A DNA stretch of 64,000 nucleotides from a virus (Duplodnaviria; Heunggongvirae; Uroviricota; Caudoviricetes): IMG/VR virus record IMGVR_UViG_3300019888_000209; one strand, written 5' to 3'. Of the stretch, positions 37,305 through 47,760 are shown in pieces. Below the pieces are notes generated by a model. The model made no database searches and was not told the origin of the DNA. It saw only the letters and a list, made by a program, of their open reading frames with translations. Each line of letters opens with the position of its first letter. The stretch's first letter is position 1. The position numbers were made by a program, and so were the translations under genes.

Positions 37305-37753
37305 TCATTCTGTTTTTCGTTTTTCTCATCATGACCGAATGGCCACCAAGGGGGCTCTGTAGAGGAAGTCCTATATTTCCTAATGACTGTCTTTGGGGTA
37401 AATGCCGGAGCCGGCGGCGTGGGACTAATTTCGCGTCTCTTTACCGACGTTACTGCCCTTGGCGAGTTAGTAGGAGTAGGAGAAGGTATCGGGGTTGGGG
37501 TTGGGAAGAATTCCGATCTTTCATTCGAACTATTGTCCCATTTCACACTCGCGAAATCCTGTCTCAGCGATTTTATCGAATCCACCACGCCAAGAATTTG
37601 TGAGTGGATCAATTGTTCCTCTTCTTGAATGGCTTTAAGATTTTTTTCCTCTGCCCGATACTGAAAAACATTGACCACCACTCCCGCAATCATTGCTACA
37701 ATCGCAACGGACAATATTACGATTCTCCAAATGTTCTTATCTTTATCGCTCAC
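37265..37753 (-). CDS. membrane protein (N-terminal TM)
   Basis: IWRIVILSVAIVAMIAGVVVNVF. Confidence 0.35.
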   Translation of the reverse strand: MSDKDKNIWRIVILSVAIVAMIAGVVVNVFQYRAEEKNLKAIQEEEQLIHSQILGVVDSIKSLRQDFASVKWDNSSNERSEFFPTPTPIPSPTPTNSPRAVTSVKRREISPTPPAPAFTPKTVIRKYRTSSTEPPWWPFGHDEKNEKQNESGTQESRKKNLF

Positions 37754-37782
37754 AATGTAACATCCTTTCTTTCCGTGTTCAG

Positions 37783-38247
37783 TTAGTTGCTTTTCCTTAA
37801 CAAGAACGTTTGCGACAGCAAACTGCCACCTATCACCAGGCTCCAGTAACCAGCCAGGTCTTTGCCAACCGTGGCCTGCACGTATATGTCGCCGCCGAAT
37901 TCGAACCGAAGCTTTTGCATCGTCGTTAGATCGACAGGATTGCCGTCCGTGTCGTAGATTGTTCCCTCGAACGTAACGATCGCGTCACCGGCCTGGATCT
38001 CAGTGAACTGGCGCTGGACAGTTCTGGCGCTAACAATGTGCACCAGGCCGCCGATTGTTTTTGTCTTCTCGACTGGCGCTGGGCTGGGATAGCTACTTTC
38101 GACGTTCGGATCGAAATTTGGGTCGGGAGCATACGCATCGACATAATGCAGAATGATATCGCAGGCGTTCAGTAAACGCTGCTCGATCAGTTTACCCAGG
38201 AAACGGCCAAGCCGTTTCTCAGCCATGTGCACCGCCATAGTGATCAC
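37783..38247 (-). CDS. hypothetical structural protein
   Basis: ORF only. Confidence 0.35.
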   Translation of the reverse strand: MITMAVHMAEKRLGRFLGKLIEQRLLNACDIILHYVDAYAPDPNFDPNVESSYPSPAPVEKTKTIGGLVHIVSARTVQRQFTEIQAGDAIVTFEGTIYDTDGNPVDLTTMQKLRFEFGGDIYVQATVGKDLAGYWSLVIGGSLLSQTFLLRKSN

Positions 38248-38285
38248 GAGATTTTAACCACGAAGGCCACGAAGAAACACCAGGT

Positions 38286-38350
38286 AACACATTTTCCGAA
38301 TCCGTGTTTCATAAGTTTACCCGCCGTGGCGGGTGTTAATCCGTGGCTGA
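38286..38350. repeat. family-B composite (CACGAAG heptamers, TCCGTGTTTCATAAGTTTACCCGCCGTGGCGGGTGTTAATCCGTGGC)
   Basis: Near-identical to 9033-9081 and 31455-31508. Confidence 0.85.
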
Positions 38351-38710
38351 TTTTTTTGGCTTTCTTTTACTTGCCAAGAAGAACGAAAACACCAGCGGCG
38401 ATAGCAAGCACCGCTGGAATCCAGCTAACCTGGCCCAAGGAGATGCCGAATAATGCAATGCACCCTATCAAGATAAGGTAAATCGCTAATAGAATGAGTC
38501 CGATGTTTTTGATCATATTTATCCTTTCTTTGTCTTTTTGCCTTTCACAGAAGTTCGCTTACGAAGTCGCCGCCAACCAAACTTTCCGTATTCACCCTTC
38601 TTGCGCAAATGATCGGTCAAAGCGCCGTCGATCGACATCGCGCCGCCGCTAGGGAAAGCTTCGCATTTTGTGCCTTTCGGCCGGCGTCCGGAGCGGCGCT
38701 GGTGCACCAC

Positions 38711-39181
38711 TTACGCTGGCACCTCCCCTTCCTGGGCCATTGTCTCGGCGTCGAACGTCAGGTTTTGATTCGGCGTCGTGACCTTTTGGCCGCGCAACGT
38801 TACCGCCCCGTACGTGCGTTTCGCCCTCAACCCGGTGTCTTCATCCGTCCATTCGATTACCATCGTGTATGGCAGGTCCGGATCGATATCCGGAACACCG
38901 GGCGGATTAGTGCTCGCGTCAATGAGATACAGATTCCCGATTTCAATTACGTGGCTCTCGCCTATCTTTTTCTTCTTGGCCTGCGCTACGCCTGGGATTT
39001 CAACGTCGCGTCGCGGATATTCGTCGGTGCAGACGATGTTGTCCGCGCATCCGCCTATCCAGATTTGCGCGCCTGGGTGAGCCGGGTCATAGAACGAAAT
39101 GTCGGCCTCCAGGATCGTTAGCGGTATCCCGTTCATCGATTGAATCTGGAAGCCAGGAAACCATGAAATTTCTGAGCACAA
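38711..39181 (-). CDS. hypothetical structural protein
   Basis: ORF only. Confidence 0.35.
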   Translation of the reverse strand: MCSEISWFPGFQIQSMNGIPLTILEADISFYDPAHPGAQIWIGGCADNIVCTDEYPRRDVEIPGVAQAKKKKIGESHVIEIGNLYLIDASTNPPGVPDIDPDLPYTMVIEWTDEDTGLRAKRTYGAVTLRGQKVTTPNQNLTFDAETMAQEGEVPA

Positions 39182-39210
39182 ACCCTTCCTGGATTCCTGG
39201 TTTCCAGATT
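39142..39210. repeat. family-A element, intergenic
   Basis: aatctggaagccaggaaaccatg...tcctggattcctggtttccagatt. Confidence 0.85.
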
Positions 39211-39218
39211 TGAATTCC

Positions 39219-39692
39219 TCATATACTGATCTCGGGCGGCTGCGTCATCACTTCAACCGTCGCGAGGGTAAGCGGCCAACCCGGCCTCAGACTGTGCACA
39301 AATTCGTCGAAGTTTTGGCGCGTTGTGAACACCGCCGACCCGTCGCGAATATCGTAAATGAGCTGCGCGAGTTCAGCCAACAGGTCGCGTTTCCGGTGGC
39401 CGGCATCATGGAGAGTGATTTCGCGGGTATGCAAACGCATTTCGCCGTCTTCGCCGCCAACCATCAGCTTGCATGCGTCGTAGCAGGTTAGCGCAAAGTC
39501 GTCTCCGCTTTTCAGATCCGGCACGATCTCTACCTGGTCTTCGTCCAGCGCGTAACCGGCCGGCCCGCGTCCGAGCAGAAAAATGGATTTGACGGCGCTA
39601 TCCAGTTTGTCGTCCGAGTAATTCCATACGCCATGGACCTCCTCATCGCCCAGGATGCATCGCAACGTGTCGTATAGCGCATCGAAGGTCAC
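39219..39692 (-). CDS. hypothetical structural protein
   Basis: ORF only. Confidence 0.35.
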   Translation of the reverse strand: MTFDALYDTLRCILGDEEVHGVWNYSDDKLDSAVKSIFLLGRGPAGYALDEDQVEIVPDLKSGDDFALTCYDACKLMVGGEDGEMRLHTREITLHDAGHRKRDLLAELAQLIYDIRDGSAVFTTRQNFDEFVHSLRPGWPLTLATVEVMTQPPEISI

Positions 39693-39702
39693 AGGATTTT
39701 TT

Positions 39703-39765
39703 ATCTGGAATCCAGGAATCCAGGAATTTGATGAGATTTTTTCATGGCTTCCTGGTTTCCAGATT
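39703..39765. repeat. family-A element, intergenic
   Basis: atctggaatccaggaatccaggaa...cttcctggtttccagatt. Confidence 0.85.
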
Positions 39766-39857
39766 CATTTCCGGTAAAAGTTGCCAGCACGATTCGGCAC
39801 CGTCTTCGCCGTTAAAACGAGCATAGCGGTGTCCGCAATCGCGCCAGCAAAATCGTG

Positions 39858-40700
39858 TTACGAGCCGGAAGGAACAGGAGTGCTAAAGACGAACGCTTTC
39901 TCATAGTTGCCTGTCGCTCGTGCTTCATCCTCACTGTCGCCGTCGCCGTGACGCGCGGTAATAACCGGTCGCCATCCGACGAACAGTGCGCGCTCGGTCA
40001 ATAGCCGATCGTCTTTCACGGACTCAATCATGGCCGTGAGCCTGTGCCCGTTCAGCCGCATCAGGCCGTCGCCGTAGCTCGTATATTTAGCGGAGCACTC
40101 AAGCGTGGGCACATCGGAACGGCCCTTCTTAATCCAGCGCGCCCCATCGTAGCCGCAAGGTATCGCGACCGATTTCGGAGACGGAAACGCAGGATTCTTA
40201 TCCATCGCACAGGCGACAAAACGAAACGTGCTCGGCAACACATAAAGCAACCATCGGTTGCCAGTTTTGCCGCCGCTGATCGAGCTCAAGCTGTCGATCG
40301 AAACGATCTTTTTGTTTTCGTTGCCGCCGCCTTGCACAGTTAGGTCCACTGCAAACCCGATCGGAAAATCGAAGCCCTGGTTCAGCGCATACGATGGCGG
40401 GCTAAAGATTGCCTTCGCGGTTCCAGTGCCGCCGCCTTCCATGTGAACGGCAAAAATAACGTCGATCTCTGCCGCCGAGAGAATGCCATTATCGGCCATG
40501 ATCACCATATCCTGCGGGTCGGTCTCAGCCGAATACGCCGGGTCAGGCGTCCAGGTTGCCGAGCTATCGCCGGTTTGCTGCAGCGTTCCAACTGATAATG
40601 CGTCATCCCAGGAGACGCTCAGAAGACTTTCCACGCCGATCATCCCCGAGGCGGCCATATCCTGGTCTGCGGCCGCGATTGCTGGAATTGCGAATTTCAT
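39858..40700 (-). CDS. hypothetical structural protein
   Basis: ORF only; directly downstream of the capsid candidate. Confidence 0.35.
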   Translation of the reverse strand: MKFAIPAIAAADQDMAASGMIGVESLLSVSWDDALSVGTLQQTGDSSATWTPDPAYSAETDPQDMVIMADNGILSAAEIDVIFAVHMEGGGTGTAKAIFSPPSYALNQGFDFPIGFAVDLTVQGGGNENKKIVSIDSLSSISGGKTGNRWLLYVLPSTFRFVACAMDKNPAFPSPKSVAIPCGYDGARWIKKGRSDVPTLECSAKYTSYGDGLMRLNGHRLTAMIESVKDDRLLTERALFVGWRPVITARHGDGDSEDEARATGNYEKAFVFSTPVPSGS

Positions 40701-40779
40701 ATTTTATCGTCTCCTATTTTCTTTACCCCGTGAGATCTAGCCTTTGCATGAAGCGTGTTTCTTGGGTTATCTCATGGGG

Positions 40780-42078
40780 TTAGCTGCCGGCGCGCACCGT
40801 GTGATATTGCACCCCGGCCACGTTCACGAACCAGTTTCTCGGCAAACCCCAACCGACCACTTTCAACATCGACACCGAGCCCTTGTTCTGCTTTTGCATC
40901 TGGATCGTTTCGTCCTCGAAGGTCTGATCCATCCCAGGTTTCGTGAAATAGATCCCGATCGGCTTGTTGAACTTCACGTAGGCAACGCCCGCATCCGGAT
41001 CGAGCGTAGCGTCGCCGATGAACGTCCAGCGCACGCCGCCGTAGTTTACAACAAAACCAGTCTCAAAGACCTCTTCCACAACGGTGTTGCCAAAGCTCGT
41101 CATCTGAACGGCGCTCAGGAAGCCCATCACTTCACTGGACGGGATGTACACCGCGGTCGGATACATGATGCCGCCCTCAAGCGTGTTGTTTCCCCAGGCC
41201 GCGGCATATTTCAAAATCTCATCCATCGACTCTTTACGGAACAACGTGCTGCTGGTGTTACCCGGCGTGACTAGCAGGTTAGTGATCGGCAGGTTTTTCG
41301 TGTTGATGATCGTGTGCGGGACGTAAGTGCGCCCTGCCAGTGGCCCGGTAAGAGTGAAAGCGCCGATGGCCGATTTGATGAAAGGCCACATTAAGTGGCT
41401 GGTTTGCAGGCTGATGTCGCGCGCCAGATCCACGTTCGCTAGTGAAGCCGTGCGCACTTCGCCCCTGTAAATGTCACGTAAGACGTACTCGTATTCTTCG
41501 GTTGAAAGCTCGTGCAAATCGACCTGTGCGAAAGATTGGGAACGGATCGGCTGGGTTTTGCGCGCCCGTCCGTCTTGGCCGAGATAGCTCACCACGATTT
41601 GCTGACGTGTCGTGTTCTCAATATACGGGATCTCGTTGTCGGCTAAGTTCACGGTATCGAAAAATGCCAAAGGATTCGTGGACGCGATGACGAAATTATC
41701 GACCGTGATCACGCGCATTTGGGCCAGCGCCGCTTTCGCCTGGACATCGCCGCCGCGCGCTTTCTCAATCAGCTCCTTCATCTTCTTCTGCGACTTTTCC
41801 TCGTTCTCAGGCTTCAGGCTTTCCTCAAGCTGAACGAGCACGCCGTCGATCCTCGCCGCAGTGGATGGCTGTAGCACCTTGGCCCTGCACCTGAGATCCT
41901 TTAAATAAGCTTTCTTATCGAACAAGCCAAAAGCGGTCTGCGCAGCCGGAGCCAGTGGTATCGCCATCAAGCCAAACACGCAAATGGCGCCCATTGTCCC
42001 AAGTTGGACGGCTGCCAATAGCGCAACGAGAAGCGTGGCGCCCGCGCCGATATTGAACATCGTTTTGGTCATTTTCAT
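40780..42078 (-). CDS. putative major capsid protein
   Basis: 432 aa; sits downstream of a coiled-coil scaffold-like gene in the head part of the module; assignment by size and order only. Confidence 0.35.
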   Translation of the reverse strand: MKMTKTMFNIGAGATLLVALLAAVQLGTMGAICVFGLMAIPLAPAAQTAFGLFDKKAYLKDLRCRAKVLQPSTAARIDGVLVQLEESLKPENEEKSQKKMKELIEKARGGDVQAKAALAQMRVITVDNFVIASTNPLAFFDTVNLADNEIPYIENTTRQQIVVSYLGQDGRARKTQPIRSQSFAQVDLHELSTEEYEYVLRDIYRGEVRTASLANVDLARDISLQTSHLMWPFIKSAIGAFTLTGPLAGRTYVPHTIINTKNLPITNLLVTPGNTSSTLFRKESMDEILKYAAAWGNNTLEGGIMYPTAVYIPSSEVMGFLSAVQMTSFGNTVVEEVFETGFVVNYGGVRWTFIGDATLDPDAGVAYVKFNKPIGIYFTKPGMDQTFEDETIQMQKQNKGSVSMLKVVGWGLPRNWFVNVAGVQYHTVRAGS

Positions 42079-42161
42079 ATTTTGTCTTTCTTTACTGGTC
42101 AGGTTTGCTCTGGCGTTTATTCAGATTGGTTTTTCTTATATTGGATGAAACGTCACGTTTG

Positions 42162-42698
42162 TTATTCGAGGACTTCGATCAGCAACCGGCAACTGTTGCC
42201 ACTGTCATGTGGCGCAAGCTGTGCCCGGACGTATCCGTAAACTTCGTCCCCGCTTTCCACCGCAGCGATCTTCCCGGCTTTGCTGCTCACCTTCGTATCG
42301 ATTGGCGTGCTGTTAGTGAGGCTGGAATCGACCAGGTCAGGCCCTTCAACCTCAAATTCCTGCACCTTGCGCGCGCTCGCGTACCCGATCTTGGTGTCCG
42401 CGTTAACGGTGTCCGGATGGGTGAAATCCTCCATGAAGGCAATTTGCTCGAGCGGTATCGGCCCGACGATTACGTCGCGCTCAAGGTGGAAACCGCGCGT
42501 GCCATCCGCGAGCAGCCACGCTACGTTCGCATCGAAAACCCCGGACTTTCCCGCCGCGGTAGTTGGATCGATTTGCACCATTTGACCGCGCACGGCGACT
42601 TTGTCGCCCGCAACGGCATCATTGGCGGCTTTAATCTGCGCGCTGAGCGAATCGCCCGGCAGCGCCCGAGTTACTTTGAAGAGGTTTGCTCCTGCCAT
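42162..42698 (-). CDS. hypothetical head-associated protein
   Basis: ORF only. Confidence 0.3.
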   Translation of the reverse strand: MAGANLFKVTRALPGDSLSAQIKAANDAVAGDKVAVRGQMVQIDPTTAAGKSGVFDANVAWLLADGTRGFHLERDVIVGPIPLEQIAFMEDFTHPDTVNADTKIGYASARKVQEFEVEGPDLVDSSLTNSTPIDTKVSSKAGKIAAVESGDEVYGYVRAQLAPHDSGNSCRLLIEVLE

Positions 42699-42765
42699 AT
42701 ATTTACTTTCTTCTTTGGTTTCAGTTATTCAGACATTCTTTAATTGGGATGAAACGTCACGTTTC

Positions 42766-43752
42766 TTAAAATACGAGCGCCGGTGCTCCATCGTCGCCGG
42801 CTGGCATCGCCAACGACGCCCGTGCGCTGGTTTCCGTTCGACTGCTGGCACTCGTCGCGACCAAGCCCTTCACGGCTTTCACGCGGTTATCGAAAACTTG
42901 GTCGCCAGCGGCATCCAGCGGGATCGCCGCCATCTCGGTCACAAATTCCTCGCTGTGATTGATCTTGTTATCCGCGAGCACTTTCAAGCGGGCAGTGATC
43001 TTGGCTACGCGATCGGTGTAGCCCTCCTCCTTGAAGAAGTCATCCGGCAAGCGCGCCGCGACCGCTTCGGTGCAGACTTTGTCTTCCACCAGCTTCGCCC
43101 GAGCAGCGACAACGCGCTCCTTGACCTTCGTTTCAGCTTGCAGCGCGTCCTTGACCTCTTTCTCTTTCGCCTCGGCTGCGGCTTTGACCGCTGCCTCGGA
43201 ATCCGTCTTCTTAATATACTCGCCTTTTGCGATCAAATCTGCCTCAGCACTTTGCTCTGCCGTCGTGGTAAGTTCCTGCGAATACTGCGTGACCAAATCC
43301 GCTAGTCCCTCAGCCATGTCGAGCAGGTTCGCCGCGCTGTTCTGCAGCGATCGCAGGCCAAAACTAAGGTCGGATGCTGTCTCAAATTGTTCCAACGGCG
43401 GTAAACCGGCCCGCATCGCGTTCACCTGGTCGCGCAGCGCCTTGATCATTCCCGCGAACGCGTCCGCCGTGAATTCGCCGTTCATCGTGATCGGCTTGTA
43501 GCTGCCGATGTATCTGGCGGCATCACAAAATGGACCGGTCGCCAGTAACGGGATGCTCGTCCACGATGAAAATACGGCCACGCCCGCGCCCAACTCCAAG
43601 CTATGGAAGCCTACGCCTATGGCGATCGACGTCGCCATGACCAAAACGACCGAAAGAGGAATGTGAAAAGTGAAATTAAGAAGTTTGTGAGCTATTCGTT
43701 TCATTTTGCCTTTCTTGGCTGGTTTCGTCTTCAACATTGCATTGCAGATCAA
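42766..43752 (-). CDS. putative scaffolding-like protein (N-terminal TM helices plus long coiled coil)
   Basis: Long Ala/Glu/Lys-rich helical region just upstream of the capsid candidate. Confidence 0.3.
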   Translation of the reverse strand: MICNAMLKTKPAKKGKMKRIAHKLLNFTFHIPLSVVLVMATSIAIGVGFHSLELGAGVAVFSSWTSIPLLATGPFCDAARYIGSYKPITMNGEFTADAFAGMIKALRDQVNAMRAGLPPLEQFETASDLSFGLRSLQNSAANLLDMAEGLADLVTQYSQELTTTAEQSAEADLIAKGEYIKKTDSEAAVKAAAEAKEKEVKDALQAETKVKERVVAARAKLVEDKVCTEAVAARLPDDFFKEEGYTDRVAKITARLKVLADNKINHSEEFVTEMAAIPLDAAGDQVFDNRVKAVKGLVATSASSRTETSARASLAMPAGDDGAPALVF

Positions 43753-43901
43753 ACTCCAATGAACTCGTCAACAGAAATCTTTCGAGGGATCAAAAAAGAA
43801 CAAACCACCACAGATGACACGGATAACACTGATAAAGAAGATTCGCGCGCCGCCCATCCGTGCAATCCGTGTCATCCGTGGTCGTCTCAGGGCTTTCACG
43901 C

Positions 43902-45092
43902 TCAGTGCTCTATTGCTCCCTTCAAATCGTTGAACCGGCGAAGGACAAACCTGGCATTACTCAACGGAACCTGTCCGCCGTAGCCTTGACGAAGGCGGAC
44001 TCTTACCACCGGCTCGTCCTGGGTGGCCTTGATTCCCCAGCTCATGTCTTGCAGGCGCGCTACGCCGTCGTTCCATACTTTGTCGATGACGCCGCTGCGC
44101 CCCGTGCTACGAAAAGTTACTTTGCGCCCCATCAGCTCCTGATCGACCTGGCTCGCCGCCATTGCTATGAGCGTCCCGCCGTCGGCCGTTTGGGTGCGCT
44201 CCGCCTTGAAGGAAATGATCTTCGCTTCGCGCTCGGCCGGCCGCGGCGTGATTCCTACTCCGCGCAAATCCACCGGGTCACTGATGCCAAACACGAACAC
44301 GGCCTGTTCGCCATTCACCTTGCCAAGCTTCAGCGGATTCACGCCTAGCGCGCCCATCAGCTCGGCATCGCTCTCCACGTCCATGAGCGACGTTATCCGG
44401 TCCGGACCACGGCTCGGGAGATAGATCCCGAGATTGTCCATCGGCGTGATCGATTCGATCGACACGCTTTGCGTGTTGCGGCTGGCCTGGTGATCGCCAA
44501 TCATCCGGTTCACGCCATCGGCCAATTTAAAAATCACCGCCCGCGCACGAATGGACGGCGCTTTCTCAGGATCATCGCCAATTTTCCAGCCACCGGTCGG
44601 TTCAGGCGGAAAATAGGTCGCCACCACGCAGCCCACGATCCTGTCCCGCGAAATCGCTTTATCGTCCGTCGAATACTCCTTGAGCAAATGGTTCAGGTTC
44701 ATTTGCTGGTGCACCAGGCTTCCATGGCTTGCCGCCGCTATCTTCGGAAGATAAGTCGTGTAAAAACCCTCCTGCACAGGTCCCATTACGGCTGGCATGC
44801 AATGGACGATGTCGAAATCCATGTATGCCTTCCAGCGGTCGGCTTTCATGTCCAGCTTCGCGAACGGATCGTCCTCGGACATCGCGGCCGTCGAGCCCAC
44901 GTCGATTAGCCTGGCGTTAGTCACCTGCATCGGCGTTTCGATTCGCACCAGCTCGCCACCGCGTGAGGCGAAGCCTTTTACGCGGCCATCGCCGCGTGAG
45001 ACGGAGTCCTTTACGCGGTTCAAAGTTACTTTATCCGTGTCCATCCGTGTTAATCCGTGGCTGCTTTTTTTCAGGGATGCCCGGGAGCCCAC
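43902..45092 (-). CDS. hypothetical head protein
   Basis: ORF only. Confidence 0.3.
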   Translation of the reverse strand: MGSRASLKKSSHGLTRMDTDKVTLNRVKDSVSRGDGRVKGFASRGGELVRIETPMQVTNARLIDVGSTAAMSEDDPFAKLDMKADRWKAYMDFDIVHCMPAVMGPVQEGFYTTYLPKIAAASHGSLVHQQMNLNHLLKEYSTDDKAISRDRIVGCVVATYFPPEPTGGWKIGDDPEKAPSIRARAVIFKLADGVNRMIGDHQASRNTQSVSIESITPMDNLGIYLPSRGPDRITSLMDVESDAELMGALGVNPLKLGKVNGEQAVFVFGISDPVDLRGVGITPRPAEREAKIISFKAERTQTADGGTLIAMAASQVDQELMGRKVTFRSTGRSGVIDKVWNDGVARLQDMSWGIKATQDEPVVRVRLRQGYGGQVPLSNARFVLRRFNDLKGAIEH

Positions 45093-45103
45093 CGCTCCCT
45101 ACA

Positions 45104-45128
45104 TTCCTGGTTTCCTGGTTTCCAGATT
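45104..45128. repeat. family-A half element, intergenic
   Basis: ttcctggtttcctggtttccagatt. Confidence 0.8.
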
Positions 45129-45291
45129 GGATTCGGCGCGTGGCAGAAAATCGCGCAGAAGAAAATGACGCCAGCTAGAAATGCGATCGCGACTCCGTTC
45201 ACCAGCGGCAAATTGACTCAGTGTTGCCTTATTTTGTCAAGTTGTCTTTCTATGAAAGACAGTCGGCCGATCACCGATCACCTTCATTTCG

Positions 45292-45946
45292 TCAGTCCAC
45301 GCGATCAGTCCACGCGGCATAGATCCCGCGCTCCGCCATGCGTTTCAGGACAGCGGCCACACCGAGCTGCTTATCGATCGCCATTGGATCGAAGCGGCCG
45401 TCAGCCACGAATTTCCCGCGTCGATATTGATTGGTACCGCTCCAGATATAGGACGAGGGCAACCCGCGCTTCGCGTAGCCGGGGCCATTGAATAGCTCGC
45501 AATTCCAGAGCGCGAACCCGACCAAGTCCCAGCGTTTCGTGTCCAGATGATCGAGGTTTGGCGAATAGTAAGCATCTTCCGCAGCCTGTAAGAACGTGTA
45601 AGGCGGATTCACGCCAGGGATTCGTCCGCGTGGAACATGGCGGGACCTGTGCGTTAATGGGTCGCCTTGCGCCGGACTGCATGTCATGTCGTTATCCGCC
45701 TCGCGATAAAGCAGACAAAACAGAATTTCGGCTGGCACGCCATTCGAGCGCATCGCCTGAATTTCGCGATAGATTTTTTCCGTGCGCTGAAACCGACGAA
45801 CCAGAGTGTCCAGCGCGATATTAGCCTGCGGGTTCAGTCTCACGGCGTTCCACCGCACTTCCTGATCGACCGCTCCACCACGAGCCGGACAAACAAGAAT
45901 CAAAAACAAAAGCAGCCACAGATGGACACGGATTTTCACGGATAAA
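45292..45946 (-). CDS. secreted protein, candidate endolysin/peptidoglycan hydrolase (weak)
   Basis: Signal/SAR-like segment VHLWLLLFLILVCPARG. Adjacent to holin-like and lipoprotein genes. N-terminus of the longer ORF is a family-E repeat read antisense. Confidence 0.3.
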
Positions 45947-46010
45947 ATTGTAGCCGTCGCCCTATGGGCGACGCGCGCGCTTCGCACAGCGAAGCGGCTA
46001 CAGAATCCGT
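45935..46010. repeat. family-E element plus flanking CACGGAT heptamers
   Basis: gtagccgtcgccctatgggcgacgcgcgcgcttcgcacagcgaagcggctacag. Confidence 0.85.
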
Positions 46011-46043
46011 GTTTCATATCTGTGTTCATCCGTGGCTAAATCT

Positions 46044-46550
46044 TTATCCCCTTGCGAGACCGGCGCACAGAATCGAAAGCGCAATCAGAGACCCGATGCG
46101 AATAACTGTCGCCCATGCCACCCGCTGATGCGGAGTAAGGGCCACCCAGTCTTTCACATAGGTTCCGTCGTGCGCGTCCTGATCGACGGTTTGCCGGAAA
46201 AATAGATGGACGCACAGAAGATTCACAAACCAGACGGTACTCGTAACAGCCGGGATATAAATGAGGGCGCCCCACTTTTGGAATAGGGCTTCGTTCTGGC
46301 AGGCCATGTTCGCCACGACTACGAACACTAGCAACATCCACGTCCTGGCCAGAAAGCTCAAAATGGGAATGTTCCACCGGGCGTAAGTCGAGACCCATGA
46401 GGCAACAAGCAATATGACGAGAGCAGGAAGCACGGCGTAGAGAATAATTGCCGTATTCATGATTTGTAGATGTCCCGCATGGCAGTTGCAGTGAACCACA
46501 TTGCGACGGCCGAGATTCCGCCAGCGATCGCGAATCCTACGCCATGGCAA
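46044..46550 (-). CDS. multi-TM membrane protein (holin-like candidate)
   Basis: Four hydrophobic helices. Confidence 0.3.
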   Translation of the reverse strand: MPWRRIRDRWRNLGRRNVVHCNCHAGHLQIMNTAIILYAVLPALVILLVASWVSTYARWNIPILSFLARTWMLLVFVVVANMACQNEALFQKWGALIYIPAVTSTVWFVNLLCVHLFFRQTVDQDAHDGTYVKDWVALTPHQRVAWATVIRIGSLIALSILCAGLARG

Positions 46551-46639
46551 CCAAGACAGTCGTTAGCAAAGTAACCGCCGACCCATACAAAAGCGACACC
46601 GAGCCAGACGTATAAAATTTGCAAGCGAGCTTTATTCAT
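46457..46639 (-). CDS. small two-TM membrane protein (holin/antiholin-like candidate)
   Basis: 60 aa with two hydrophobic helices. Confidence 0.3.
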   Translation of the reverse strand: MNKARLQILYVWLGVAFVWVGGYFANDCLGCHGVGFAIAGGISAVAMWFTATAMRDIYKS

Positions 46640-46766
46640 TCGCCGTTCCCTCGCTTGCCTTTGTTGTCCGCCGTAATCCGGGCGGGTTTTCGCAGAAAGA
46701 ACAGCACACCGAACATCAGAACTAGGATCACCACGCCGCCGATAACGTGAAGAACGACTCCAGCTA

Positions 46767-47255
46767 TCATGGTACTTTCGACGCCACTTTAGCGGCGTAA
46801 CTAGCCAGTCGCCCGGTAAACCACAAGAAGGCGATAACTCCTATCACCAGGATGATTACAGCCGTAGCAATCTTCATCAGCAACGAGTGCCACTTATACC
46901 AGTTCAACTCTTTCCCGTACTTATTCGCCAGCGCGGTCATTTTTGCGTCATGATCGGACACCTGCCGGATCTGATCCGTTAAATCGGTGATCTTACTCAG
47001 CGCCCCACCAGTCGCTACCAACGCGATGCTGTTCGATTTCATCGCGCTCATCAGGGCGTCCCTCAGCTCGTCCCGCTCGGCCTTTGTGTCCTCGAAGATT
47101 TGCTGTTGGTGCTTGAGTGTCGCAATGATCGCTTCTTTCGGCAGTTTCTTTATGTCGGCGTCACTTGGAAACTTTTCGGCTGGCGTTGGCGTGGGCGCCG
47201 CGGCGGCGGACATTACGAGCGAGATTGCCGGAATCAGCCATGGAAGCATTTTCAT
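46767..47255 (-). CDS. membrane-anchored coiled-coil protein (spanin-like candidate)
   Basis: N-terminal hydrophobic segment, central coiled coil, C-terminal TM. Confidence 0.3.
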   Translation of the reverse strand: MKMLPWLIPAISLVMSAAAAPTPTPAEKFPSDADIKKLPKEAIIATLKHQQQIFEDTKAERDELRDALMSAMKSNSIALVATGGALSKITDLTDQIRQVSDHDAKMTALANKYGKELNWYKWHSLLMKIATAVIILVIGVIAFLWFTGRLASYAAKVASKVP

Positions 47256-47626
47256 TCGGATGGAAACAGCCAGATAAATTTCTCATTCAGCTCGAACCAA
47301 CGGCGGATGAGCACGTTTTTGCCTTCTGCCTGGTCGAGATTCTTACCCATCTTGGCCGTAACAACCTGCGCGCGCGCCGTCGAAGCCTGTGAGTTTGTCA
47401 CTGCGTTTCGCGTGGTCACAACGTCGCCGCGAACTCCGGCTGCCGTCTGCTGTGCGGCAGCGCCGGCCGTGGAAGCTTTGTTATGCGTCTGCGCGCAACC
47501 AAGCAGCGCCAGCCCTATCAGCACCAAAAACAGAAGACCAAAAGATTTAACAGAAGGCAACGAAGATAGCGAAGTTTCAGAGCCTTTGCTTCCTTTGTTA
47601 ACTTCTGTAAAAATTCCGTTTCTCAC
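47252..47626 (-). CDS. lipoprotein (outer-spanin-like candidate)
   Basis: Lipobox LALLGCAQ; 4-nt overlap with the downstream gene. Confidence 0.4.
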   Translation of the reverse strand: MRNGIFTEVNKGSKGSETSLSSLPSVKSFGLLFLVLIGLALLGCAQTHNKASTAGAAAQQTAAGVRGDVVTTRNAVTNSQASTARAQVVTAKMGKNLDQAEGKNVLIRRWFELNEKFIWLFPSE

Positions 47627-47687
47627 GGCTGCGCATTACCGCAGAAAGTTCCATGTGTGTCAATTTGTTTTTCATAACAGATCATGA

Positions 47688-47756
47688 AATCTGGAAACCA
47701 GGAAACCACGAAAAAGAAAAGGGAGTGACGGCTCCTGGATTCCTGGCTTCCAGATT
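47688..47756. repeat. family-A element, intergenic
   Basis: aatctggaaaccaggaaaccacg...ctcctggattcctggcttccagatt. Confidence 0.85.
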
Positions 47757-47760
47757 ATCC

